DNA of 64,000 bases from an uncultured Acidimicrobiales bacterium (GTDB taxonomy: Bacteria > Actinomycetota > Acidimicrobiia > Acidimicrobiales > DATKAS01): NCBI GenBank assembly GCA_963739555.1, contig CAVUAV010000005.1, forward strand, positions 706,218 through 770,217. Reading direction: 5' to 3'. The position numbers and the translations under genes are program-made. Positions within the stretch are counted from its first letter, which is position 1. Every line of letters begins with the position of its first letter. The notes below the pieces were generated by a model. It was not told where the DNA came from. It did not search any database and saw nothing but the letters and a program-made list of their open reading frames with translations. Below are positions 22,945 to 31,392 of this stretch, piece by piece.

Positions 22945-23388
22945 GTGCGCCGCACGCGCTTCGACGAGTGGCCGTGCCCGATCGCGCGGACGACCGACCT
23001 CATCGGCGACTGGTGGACGCCGCTTGTCATGCGAGACGCGTTCGCCGGCGTGAAGCGCTTCGACGACTTCATCGCCGACCTCGGCATCCCGCGAGCGGTG
23101 CTCGCGGCGCGTCTCGACCGCCTCGTCGACGAGGGCATGCTCGATCGCGTCGCGTACGAGGAGCGTCCGCTTCGCTACGAGTACCACCTCACTGCCAAGG
23201 GCCGCGCGTTCTGGGACGTGCTCGCCGCGATGTGGCGCTGGGGCGAGGACTGGCTGTGGCCCGAGGGCGAGCAGCCGCCCGTGCGGTTGGTCGACCGCGA
23301 GACCGGCGACGAGATCCGCCCGGTCGTGGTCGACGAGCAGACCGGCACCCGCCTCGACATCCGCCGCACCAAGATCCGCCGCCGCTAG
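22945..23388 (+). CDS. HxlR family transcriptional regulator
   Basis: GTG 22945, 3 nt after the oxidoreductase stop. Contains WPCPIARTTDLIGDWWTPLVMRDAFAGVKRFDDF and YEERPLRYEYHLT. Confidence 0.85.
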   Translation: MRRTRFDEWPCPIARTTDLIGDWWTPLVMRDAFAGVKRFDDFIADLGIPRAVLAARLDRLVDEGMLDRVAYEERPLRYEYHLTAKGRAFWDVLAAMWRWGEDWLWPEGEQPPVRLVDRETGDEIRPVVVDEQTGTRLDIRRTKIRRR

Positions 23389-23423
23389 CGCCGGTGCGTG
23401 CCTTCGTCTTCTCAGTCGCGAGG

Positions 23424-23441
23424 ACCGTCAGATCTGACGGT
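23424..23441. terminator. Perfect 18-bp palindrome ACCGTCAGATCTGACGGT between convergent genes (candidate bidirectional terminator hairpin)
   Basis: Lies in the 80-nt gap between the convergent stops at 23388 and 23469. There is no obvious U-tract, so intrinsic-terminator function is only suggested. Confidence 0.4.
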
Positions 23442-23468
23442 TGACGCGACCGAGAACGCGGGGTTCGG

Positions 23469-24239
23469 CTACTTGCCGTTGGCGGAGAAGTGCTGGAAGT
23501 CCTTGAGCGAGCTCCATGTGCCGCCCCAGGTCCATCCCACCGACTTGAACGCCTTCACCACGACGTCGTTCGGCTCGATCATCCCGGGCCGCACGTTGCC
23601 GCGCGCCTTGTAGGCGGACGCGAGCTCGGGGATGACGATGTCGCCTTTCACGTACGGGTTCTGGAACGGGTTGATGTCGATCGCGAGGCCGAAGGCGTGC
23701 TGCGACCACGTCTGCGTCGTCGTCACGACGGGCCGGCACGCGAACGCGGCCGTGTCGTTGCCGTCGCCGGTCGGCGCTGCGTTCGAGAGCGCGGGATCGG
23801 GGATCTGCATCTCCTCGATCGGGAAGTGCGCGGCCTGCAGCTTGCGGAACACCTCGACGATCTTGGCCGCCGCCGCCTCGTGGATCAGCAGCTCGCCCGT
23901 GTGGAACTTGCCGTCGAACCCGTAGAACGAGACCTGCACGTAGCGGAGGTCCTTGAGGGCGACGGGGCACGCGGGCGTCCACGTCGACCGGGCGACGACG
24001 TCCGCGGGCACCGGCTGGATCGACGACACGAACACATCGGATGGCGGTGGTGGCAGCACGTCGATCGTGGCGAACTGGCGGTCGACGAGCTCGGGCGGAG
24101 TGGGCTCGATCTGACCGAGGCCATCGGGACGGAGGGGAAGCGGCCGCATCCCGAGCCAGTCGGGACGGGGATGCACGCACCCGGCGAGCGACACCAGCGA
24201 GACCGCGATGACGAGCGCCAGACGCAGCCGAGCCATCAC
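23469..24239 (-). CDS. M15 family metallopeptidase (VanY / D-Ala-D-Ala carboxypeptidase-like) lipoprotein
   Basis: Signal peptide with lipobox SLAGC. Contains HAFGLAIDINP and WGGTW..DFQHF (Zn-ligand contexts). Intact. Confidence 0.75.
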   Translation of the reverse strand: MMARLRLALVIAVSLVSLAGCVHPRPDWLGMRPLPLRPDGLGQIEPTPPELVDRQFATIDVLPPPPSDVFVSSIQPVPADVVARSTWTPACPVALKDLRYVQVSFYGFDGKFHTGELLIHEAAAAKIVEVFRKLQAAHFPIEEMQIPDPALSNAAPTGDGNDTAAFACRPVVTTTQTWSQHAFGLAIDINPFQNPYVKGDIVIPELASAYKARGNVRPGMIEPNDVVVKAFKSVGWTWGGTWSSLKDFQHFSANGK

Positions 24240-24322
24240 GGAAGCGTATGGGCGGGACCTCGACCCGCGCCGTCACCTCTCACGTTTCGCGCGCTGGCCG
24301 AGTCAGTCTGGTTGAGCGAGCG

Positions 24323-25850
24323 TCAATCTGCCGTGTCGAACAGCACCGCTCTCGCGGCGTTCCGTCCGTTGAGCGCGATCACCGAGCCCGCTGGGTGGGT
24401 CGCCGCGCCGCAGAAGTAGAAGCCGGGGATCGGCGTGCGCGCGGAGAGCCGCTTCTCCCACATCTGGTTCGGCATGGTCTCGCCTTGGAAGATGTGGCCT
24501 CCGGTGAGCCCGACCCGCTCCTCGATGTCCGGGGCGCCGAGCATTTCGAGAACTCGAGGCACTACTCGATGTCGGGAGCGAACACCGAGATCAGGTCGAT
24601 GAACTGGCTTGGCGACGCTTCACGCTCGGCGTCCCACGTCGTGCCCTTCAAGCGAGTACGGCCCGTACTGTCCGAACACGCTCATGAGATGGCGGCCGAG
24701 CGGGCGCCGGTGAGTCGGGTCGAAGCCGGTCTGGAAGTAGACCTCGCCGTAGCCGATGTTCACGCGACCGAATCGGCAGTCGTTGAACGCGTCTTGCGCC
24801 GCGTCGAGGCCATGCGTCACCGAGACCATCGACTGGTACGGCCATTGCTCCCCGGCGGCGGCGGTGAAGGTCGGGAGACGCGTGAGGGCGGCGTTCAGCT
24901 TCACGACGGGGCTGCGGACCTGCCACGCCTTCAGCCGAGCCCGGTACTCGGCAGGCACGACGTCGTCGTTCGGCAGCATCGCGAGCGCACGCTTCGGATC
25001 TGCGTTGCACACGATGGTGTTTGCTCGGATGAGCTCTCCGCCCTCGAGCCTCACGCCCTCGCCGGGGAGGATCTCAGCAACGGGCACGCCGCACGCGAGC
25101 ACCGCTCCCGCGTCGTCGGCTGCCTCGGCGATGGCGAAGCTGATCACTCCCATCCCGCCCTTCACGTAGCCCCACACGGGACCTTGTCCACCGAGGTTGC
25201 CCTGGTAGTGCATGAGCTTCACCGACGCCGTGCCCCAATCGCGTGGACCTGCGTAGGCGCCGATGACGCCCTGACCGATAGAGTGCGTCCTTCATCGTTG
25301 GTCATCGATGTAGTCGTCGAGCACCTCGGAGATCGACGCCTGGAACAGGATGTCGATGCATCCAATCGTCGTGTCCGAGCATGTCCTCGAGCTCGTCACG
25401 GGTCGGGGATTCTCCGATCCAGCTGTCGCGGCCCCGCACCGCGCAGGAGCTGCCGCATCTCGTCGAAGACATGCTCGTAGGCCCAGTAGCCATCGATGTC
25501 GTGCTTCGAGAGCCGCATCGCTTCGAGACTGGCCTGGGTCTTCGTGTCGTCGAGCCAATGGGCGAACGAGCCCCCCTCCGGAAACGGCGCCCATAGGTTC
25601 GGCTCGGCGATGTACACCTCGAGGCCATGTCGCTCGAGGTCGAGCTCGTCGATGACGACCGGTCGAGCAGGCCCACCACATATGCGCAAGGGCTGACCAC
25701 ATATCCCTGATCGGGGAAGGGCCGTTCGAGGGTGCACGCTCCGCCGAGTCGATCGCGTTGCTCGAGCACGAGCACGAACTTGCCGGCGCGGGCGAGGTAT
25801 GCGGCGCATGTGAGCCCGTTGTGCCCACCGCCGATGACACGGCGTCCCAA
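24323..25850 (-). pseudogene. Phytoene-desaturase-like (CrtI family) NAD(P)/FAD oxidoreductase with about 7 frame disruptions
   Basis: The pieces are spread over ORFs 25302..26153 ([29 protein letters not shown]), 25396..25980 (PVVIDELDLERHGLEVY...), 25292..25840 (IDILFQASISEVLDDYIDDQR), 25074..25295 (MKDALY), 24620..25222 (GQGVIGAYAGPRDWGTASVKLMHY...) and 24323..24562 (..GLTGGHIFQGE..FYFCGAATHPAG). Breaks lie near 25660, 25432, 25375, 25294, 25277, 24635 and 24565. Confidence 0.8.
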
Positions 25851-25991
25851 CGGCGCGATGCGAGCGCCGAGATGGGTTCGGGAAGCCCGATCCTCCCAGC
25901 CGGGCGGCGATGGTGTGATCGACCCCAACTCTCCTCCCCTTGCTGAGCGGCGATTCAGGGTAGTGGTGAGATCCCCGCATAGGGTGCCGGC

Positions 25992-26632
25992 GTGGACGGT
26001 GCCCACGACATGGGCGGCATGCACGGCTTCGGCTCGGTGGCCGCGATCGTCGAAGAGGACGAGCCCACGTTCCACGAGCGCTGGGAGGGCCGCACGTTCG
26101 CGCTCATGCTCTCGACCGGCGGGCTTCGGGCCGGTGGCGTGCAGGCCGAACATCGAGGCGATGCCCCCGGCCGACTACCTCCGAGCAACGTACTTCGAGC
26201 GGTGGGCATTCTCCGTCGAGCGGGGCCTCGTGCTGGCAGACACCCTGACCACCGCGGACATCGACGAGCGCGTCGCACACCCTGCCGACGTGCCGGCGAC
26301 CGCGGACCCCGGCCGCACGGCCGGCCTCGTGCGCGCGCTGACGACTCCACCCAACGAGCCTGTCGTCGACGTCGACTGCACGCTTCGCCGTCGGGCAGCG
26401 GGTGACTGTCCGGCGGATGGCGCCCGCGCACCACCACCGGTGCCCTCGCTACGTGCGTGGTGTCACCGGGACCGTGACCGTCGTGCACGGGGGATGGCCG
26501 CAGCCGCAGACGCTCGGCGCGGGCGCACCCGAGGCGCTGTACACGGTCGGGTTCGCGATGGTCGACCTTTGGGGCGACGACGCCGAACCCGGCACCCTGT
26601 ACATCGACCTGTGGGAGAGCTACCTCGAATGA
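25992..26632 (+). pseudogene. nthB: Nitrile hydratase beta subunit; two frame breaks (about 26137 and 26380)
   Basis: GTG 25992 gives [14 protein letters not shown]...[16 protein letters not shown]. It continues as [21 protein letters not shown]... in the frame of ORF 25732..27198. The end, [27 protein letters not shown]...[11 protein letters not shown], is in the frame of ORF 26402..26632. Confidence 0.85.
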
Positions 26633-27253
26633 GCGACGACCACCACGATCATGATCACGACGATCACGACCACGGCCATCATCCGGCTCCGCTCACCGAC
26701 GTCGAGAAGCGCGTCGCGGCGATCGAGTCGCTGTTGGTCGAGCGTGGGCTCGTCACCACCGACACCATCGACGCGATCGTCGAGGTGTACGAGCACGACC
26801 TCGGGCCGATGAACGGCGCGACGGTCGTCGCCCGCGCGTGGACGGACGAGGCGTACCGTGCGCGCTTGCTCGAAGACGCGACCGCGGCGATCGCCGAGCT
26901 CGGGTTCGGCGGTGCCGAGGGAGAGCACATCGTCGCCCTCGAGAACACGCCGACCGTTCACAACGTCGTGGTCTGCACGCTGTGCTCGTGCTACCCGTGG
27001 CCGGTGCTCGGCCTTCCGCCCCGCTGGTACAAGAGCCCTGAGTACCGTTCGCGTGTGGTGCGCGAGCCCAGGGCCGTCCTGGCCGAGTTCGGCACAGTTG
27101 CTCGACGCGGACGTCGAGGTGCGCGTCTGGGACTCGAGCGCGGAGATCCGTTACCTCGTCCTTCCCCTTGCTCCCGACGACGTCGACGCGCACACTGAAG
27201 CCGAGCTCGCCGGGCTGGTGACGCGCGACCACATGATCGGCGTCGTGCGTTGA
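26629..27253 (+). pseudogene. nthA: Nitrile hydratase alpha subunit, cobalt type (VCTLCSC), with a His/Asp-rich N-terminus; frame break at about 27095
   Basis: ATG 26629 overlaps the beta-subunit stop (ATGA). [18 protein letters not shown]... then ...[41 protein letters not shown]. It continues as [33 protein letters not shown] in ORF 26858..27253. Confidence 0.9.
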
Positions 27254-27495
27254 TCGCGGGCGATCTTCCGACCGAGGTGCCGCGGCGCAATGGCGAGCTC
27301 GTCTTCGAAGCGCCGTGGGAGAGCCGTGCGTTCGGCATGGTCGCCGCGTACCTCGACACGACAGGGAACAGCTGGGAGCACTTCCGCTCGCACCTCATCG
27401 CCGCGATCGCAGAGAGCCCCGACGAGATGCCGTACTACGAGTCGTGGGTGCACGCACTCGAGGACATGTTGGCTGCCGATGGCGTGACCGCATGA
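27250..27495 (+). CDS. Nitrile hydratase accessory (activator) protein
   Basis: TTG 27250 overlaps the alpha-subunit stop (TTGA). NGELVFEAPWESRAFGM is the hallmark of the beta-homologous NHase accessory protein family. 81 aa. Confidence 0.75.
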   Translation: MIAGDLPTEVPRRNGELVFEAPWESRAFGMVAAYLDTTGNSWEHFRSHLIAAIAESPDEMPYYESWVHALEDMLAADGVTA

Positions 27496-28109
27496 CCCGA
27501 CCGAAGGGCGCGGCGCGCCGCGACGAGATCCTCGCGGTCACGTGCGACGTGGTCCGCGAGCGAGGCTTCGCGCACACCCGGATGAGCGACGTCGCTCATC
27601 GCCTCGGCATCTCGCCTCCGCTCGTCGTGTACCACTTCGGATCGAAGGATGCCCTCCTCGCCGAGGCGTTCGCGTACGCATCGCGCAACGAGATGGTCGA
27701 CCTCGACGCGATCGCCGACGCGACCGACGCCCCGCTCGATCGGCTCGACGCGTTGCTGGTCTCGGGCCTCGGCCCGAGCACGAGAGCGTCGTGGGCGCTG
27801 TGGATCGACTCGTGGGGAGAGGCGCTGCGCTCGCCCGTGCTGCGCAAGACCTGGCGGCAGCTCGACGACCGGTGGCGCGCGGTGCTCGAGGAGGTCGTCG
27901 AGCAGGGGATGAAGGCCGGCGTGTTCGTCACCGACGATGCGGCCGAGATGGCTGCGGTGCTCGCGGCACTGATCGATGGGTTCGGCGTGCAGGTGGCGTT
28001 GAGCTCGAGTCGTCGCGCGGTCTCGCTGGACCAGGCCCGCAAGGTGGCGCTCGCGCTGCTCGGCGTCGAGCGCGGCACAGCCCCGCCCTTGATCGCCTCG
28101 CCGCGGTAG
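27492..28109 (+). CDS. TetR/AcrR family transcriptional regulator
   Basis: ATG 27492 overlaps the accessory-gene stop (ATGA). The HTH region is RRDEILAVTCDVVRERGFAHTRMSDVAHRLGISPPLVVYHFGSKDALL. Confidence 0.85.
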   Translation: MTRPKGAARRDEILAVTCDVVRERGFAHTRMSDVAHRLGISPPLVVYHFGSKDALLAEAFAYASRNEMVDLDAIADATDAPLDRLDALLVSGLGPSTRASWALWIDSWGEALRSPVLRKTWRQLDDRWRAVLEEVVEQGMKAGVFVTDDAAEMAAVLAALIDGFGVQVALSSSRRAVSLDQARKVALALLGVERGTAPPLIASPR

Positions 28110-29263
28110 CCGCGGGCGACCATGGTGACGAAGCGATAGACGTCGCTCTCTTGCTCGGCGAGCACACCCGGCACGAACGCCGGATGCGACACGCCCCGCT
28201 GCACCGACTCGACCGCGGCCCAGTCTTGGCGGTTCGTGAGGTCCCAGAAGTCGACTGCGTACGAAGGGTCGAACCCTGGGTCAGCCACGGCCTCAGGAGC
28301 GAACAGCCACTGGCACTCGATCGTCGTGCGGCCCGCGGAGACCGGCTCCATCCGGTGCGTCAGGACGTAGTCGGGGTGCAGGCTGAGCAGCAGGTTCGGG
28401 AACACCGCGAGGTAGAGCACCTGCCGGCGCTGCTCAGGCGTGAGGCTCCGCATCACCACGCCGCTCGACTCGCCGCTGATCGACATCGTCGAGGCGAAGT
28501 CGGCGAGGTCCATCGTGCCGCCGACCCACGCGCCTGGGCCCTCGTGGTTGTCGCCCGAGTCGGGCGGGCTCACGCGTGCGAGCTCAGGGTGGATCAGTGG
28601 GCAGTGGTAGCACTCGTTGTAGTTCTCGACCGCGATCTTCCAGTTCGCCGCGAGCTCGTAGCGATGCGTCGCGGCGACGACGAGGCGCTCACACTCCCAG
28701 TTCGCCACCTGCGAGCGCAGCGACCCGAGGTGCGCTTCGAACGGTGACGCGTCACCCGACACGTTCACGAACAGCCACCCGCCCCACTCCGCGTGCCTCA
28801 CGGGGAGCAACGCGACGGCCGAGGGATCGAAGTTCTCGGCGTCGAACCGAGGTGCGAGTCGAAGCCGACCGTCGAGCTCGTAGCTCCACGCGTGATAAGG
28901 GCACTGCACGACGGCTCTGTTGACGACGCTCGTGTTCGTCGGTCCGTCGCAGGGGAGCAGCTCGTGGCCGCGGTGGCGGCATGCGTTCGCGAACACGTGC
29001 AGCGCGCCTTCCCGATCGCGGGTGAGCAGCAGCCCGGCGCCTCCGATCGCGCGCGCTCGTTGGTCGCCGGGCTCGGGCAGGTCGGTGACCCTGCCGACGC
29101 AGACCCATCCCCCTCGGAAGAAGGCGTCTTGCTCCCACGCGAGCACGGCCTCGTCGACGTACGCCTCGCGGGGGAGCATGTGGCTCTGGCCGAACGGCGC
29201 GAGCACGGCGTCGAGCGCGGCAGGGTCGATCGGGGCAGGCGGCCGTGCCGTCATCATCCGCAC
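27596..29263 (-). CDS. Rieske [2Fe-2S] non-heme-iron oxygenase alpha subunit (GbcA/carnitine-monooxygenase-like); the real 3' end is probably near 28100
   Basis: Contains CRHRGHEL...CPYHAWSY (Rieske centre), NYNECYHCPLIHPEL, and a family-typical end at ..YRFVTMVARGY. The remaining roughly 170 codons (Ser/Thr/Ala-rich) are antisense to the TetR gene. I found no stop in any minus-strand frame between about 27931 and 28140. Confidence 0.8.
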   Translation of the reverse strand: MRMMTARPPAPIDPAALDAVLAPFGQSHMLPREAYVDEAVLAWEQDAFFRGGWVCVGRVTDLPEPGDQRARAIGGAGLLLTRDREGALHVFANACRHRGHELLPCDGPTNTSVVNRAVVQCPYHAWSYELDGRLRLAPRFDAENFDPSAVALLPVRHAEWGGWLFVNVSGDASPFEAHLGSLRSQVANWECERLVVAATHRYELAANWKIAVENYNECYHCPLIHPELARVSPPDSGDNHEGPGAWVGGTMDLADFASTMSISGESSGVVMRSLTPEQRRQVLYLAVFPNLLLSLHPDYVLTHRMEPVSAGRTTIECQWLFAPEAVADPGFDPSYAVDFWDLTNRQDWAAVESVQRGVSHPAFVPGVLAEQESDVYRFVTMVARGYRGEAIKGGAVPRSTPSSASATLRAWSSETARRLELNATCTPNPSISAASTAAISAASSVTNTPAFIPCSTTSSSTARHRSSSCRQVLRSTGERSASPHESIHSAHDALVLGPRPETSNASSRSSGASVASAIASRSTISLRDAYANASARRASFDPKWYTTSGGEMPRR

Positions 29264-29309
29264 GGAGGCTAGTGCCGACTCTTTCGGCGTCAGCCGTGCC
29301 GTGGGCCGA

Positions 29310-31382
29310 TCAACCGAGCGCGGCGAGCTCGTCGCCGTAGCCCTGGCAGTCGTAGATCGCGTTGTCGTAGTTGCTGGGGAGCCTGCCGAGCGTCGACTGG
29401 TAGGTCATGGGTTTGCACACCTGCTCGACCGCGGCCATCACGGAGCCCGCGCTCTTCAGGTCGAAGAGACGGGGCCCGCTGTTGAAGGCGCCGCCCTGCA
29501 CCCCGATCCGAGGCGAGCCAGGTGGGCCCTGCGGCCGCGGCGGCCTCGCCGGGCTCGGTGCGTTCGGGCTGCCTTGCAGCGTGCTGTTGATCGTGCCGCC
29601 GAAGCCTCCTGGTCCGCCGAACCGCGGGAAGCCGCCTCCCGTCAGGAAGAAGCGAACCTCTCCCTTCTTCACGAGCTCGGCGGTCTTCGCGACCGAGGTG
29701 GCGGGGTCGCTGCCCAGGAAGCCGCCCATCGCCATGACCGAGATGTCGTCCTGCGCGATGAGACCCGATGCGGTCATCGCGCTCGTCGTCGCGACCTCCC
29801 ATCGTTCGCCGTGCCGCTCGCCACGGAGGAAGTCGGCAAGGGCGGAGTCGGGGTCGAACGCCGCGGAGCCGAAGGTCGTACCCGAAAGCCCGATGCGCGG
29901 ACCGGCTTGCGGCAGCGTCGCGTTGAGCACGGGTGTCGTCACCTCGCTCGACGCCCAGGCCGCGGGGCCGATGAGGAATCCTCCGATGATCACGAGGAGC
30001 GAGAGCCCCGCGAACCGTCGCACCTTTGGCAGGAACGCGGTGACGAAGAGCGCCGCGACGCCGATCGTGACGAGCACGAGCATCGTCGGTTGCGTCCACG
30101 AGTGGAACTCGGGCGCCCGGTTCATGATCAGTCGCTGGGTCGCGACGGTCAGGCCGACGATCGCTGCGACGAAGAACGCCGCGGCCGGGTTGCGCCGGAT
30201 CGCGCGCAGCGCGGCGACGGTGCCGATGCCGATGAGTGCGCCGACCGCGGGCGCCATCGCGGATGTGTAGTACGAGTGGAAGATCCCCTTCGCCTCGCTG
30301 AACACGACCGCGTAGAGCCAGAACCACGTGCTCCAGAGCACGACTGCCGCGAGGCGGTGCCGTCGCTTCCGGTAGGTCCAGACGCAGAGAAGGGTGGCGG
30401 CGACCGCGAGGGGCAGAAGCCATCCGATCTGTGATCCCACCGCGTCGCTGAGCAGACGAAGCTTCCCTGGCTGTCCTCCGAAGATCCCGCCCGCGCTCCC
30501 GAGACCCCTCACGCGACCACCGGCGCCGAGCTGGCCCACGCCGTCGACGCGGCCGAGGCCGTTGTAACCGATGAGCAGGTTCAGCTCTGTGTTGTTGCGG
30601 CTCCCACCGACGTACGGACGCATCGACGTCGGGATGACATCGACGACAAGGACCCACCACAGGGATGCGACTGCGGCGACTCCAGCGAGCACCGCTCCCC
30701 GGATGACGCGCGTCTTCCACGTCCGCGACCCGACGAGCACGGCGAGTCCGAGCGCGGGGAACGCGATCGCGGCGGCCAGGGTCTTGGTGTTGAACGCGAG
30801 ACCCGCGAACCCGCCCGCGACCGCGAGCCAGACGAGGGGCCGTGCCGCGTCGAGCGAGCGCAGCACGGCCCACGCGGCTGCCACCAGGAACAGGATCATG
30901 AACGGCTCAGGGAGGTTGAGTCGGTTCACGGAGACGCTCACTGGGGTGACCGCGAGCACGAGCGCGGCGATCGTCGCCGCGACGGCGCCGAAGTGACGGC
31001 GCACGATCGAGAACAGGATCGCGACAGACGCGGTGCCCGCGAGGGCGCCCGGCAGGAGCAGCGTCCAGCTCGAGTAGCCGAACGTGCGGACGCTCAGCGC
31101 CTGGAACCAGAGCGCGACCGGTGGCTTGTCGACGGTGATGAACCCGCCCGGATCGAAGGAAGCGAAGAAGAAGTTCCGCCAGCTCGCCGTCATGCTGCGA
31201 GTCGCGGCCGAGTAGTAGGTGTTGCCGAGGCCGTTGCGGGAGAGTGCCCAGCAGTTGAGGACGAAGGCGATGCAGACCACGCCGCCGAGCGCCAGCCGCA
31301 CGGGAGTGGGGGTCCCGGGCCGGCGCTCGGCGGGCGTGGCCTCCGCGGTCGCCGGAGGGGCGGCGACCATGGCCATGCTCAC
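29310..31382 (-). CDS. GT39/GT-C family glycosyltransferase (ArnT/PMT-like), polytopic membrane protein
   Basis: Intact 690-aa ORF. The N-terminal loop YYSAATRSM..FFFASFDPGGFITVDKPP is followed by many TM helices. The C-terminal soluble part has a Gly/Pro-rich linker. Confidence 0.8.
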   Translation of the reverse strand: MSMAMVAAPPATAEATPAERRPGTPTPVRLALGGVVCIAFVLNCWALSRNGLGNTYYSAATRSMTASWRNFFFASFDPGGFITVDKPPVALWFQALSVRTFGYSSWTLLLPGALAGTASVAILFSIVRRHFGAVAATIAALVLAVTPVSVSVNRLNLPEPFMILFLVAAAWAVLRSLDAARPLVWLAVAGGFAGLAFNTKTLAAAIAFPALGLAVLVGSRTWKTRVIRGAVLAGVAAVASLWWVLVVDVIPTSMRPYVGGSRNNTELNLLIGYNGLGRVDGVGQLGAGGRVRGLGSAGGIFGGQPGKLRLLSDAVGSQIGWLLPLAVAATLLCVWTYRKRRHRLAAVVLWSTWFWLYAVVFSEAKGIFHSYYTSAMAPAVGALIGIGTVAALRAIRRNPAAAFFVAAIVGLTVATQRLIMNRAPEFHSWTQPTMLVLVTIGVAALFVTAFLPKVRRFAGLSLLVIIGGFLIGPAAWASSEVTTPVLNATLPQAGPRIGLSGTTFGSAAFDPDSALADFLRGERHGERWEVATTSAMTASGLIAQDDISVMAMGGFLGSDPATSVAKTAELVKKGEVRFFLTGGGFPRFGGPGGFGGTINSTLQGSPNAPSPARPPRPQGPPGSPRIGVQGGAFNSGPRLFDLKSAGSVMAAVEQVCKPMTYQSTLGRLPSNYDNAIYDCQGYGDELAALG

Positions 31383-31392
31383 GACGGGGGTG

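Noticed and set aside
25292-25294. In-frame TGA inside the CrtI-like gene as a possible selenocysteine or recoding site.
   Set aside because: The family is not a selenoprotein family. The gene has six other disruptions. An alternative reading with two nearby indels gives better family-like sequence (QRMKDALYGQG). I see no SECIS-like hairpin immediately downstream.
26634-26682. Repetitive CAC/CAT/GAC/GAT stretch as a tandem repeat, microsatellite or mini CRISPR-like array.
   Set aside because: It is in frame inside nthA and simply encodes the His/Asp-rich N-terminus. There is no regular repeat-spacer structure.
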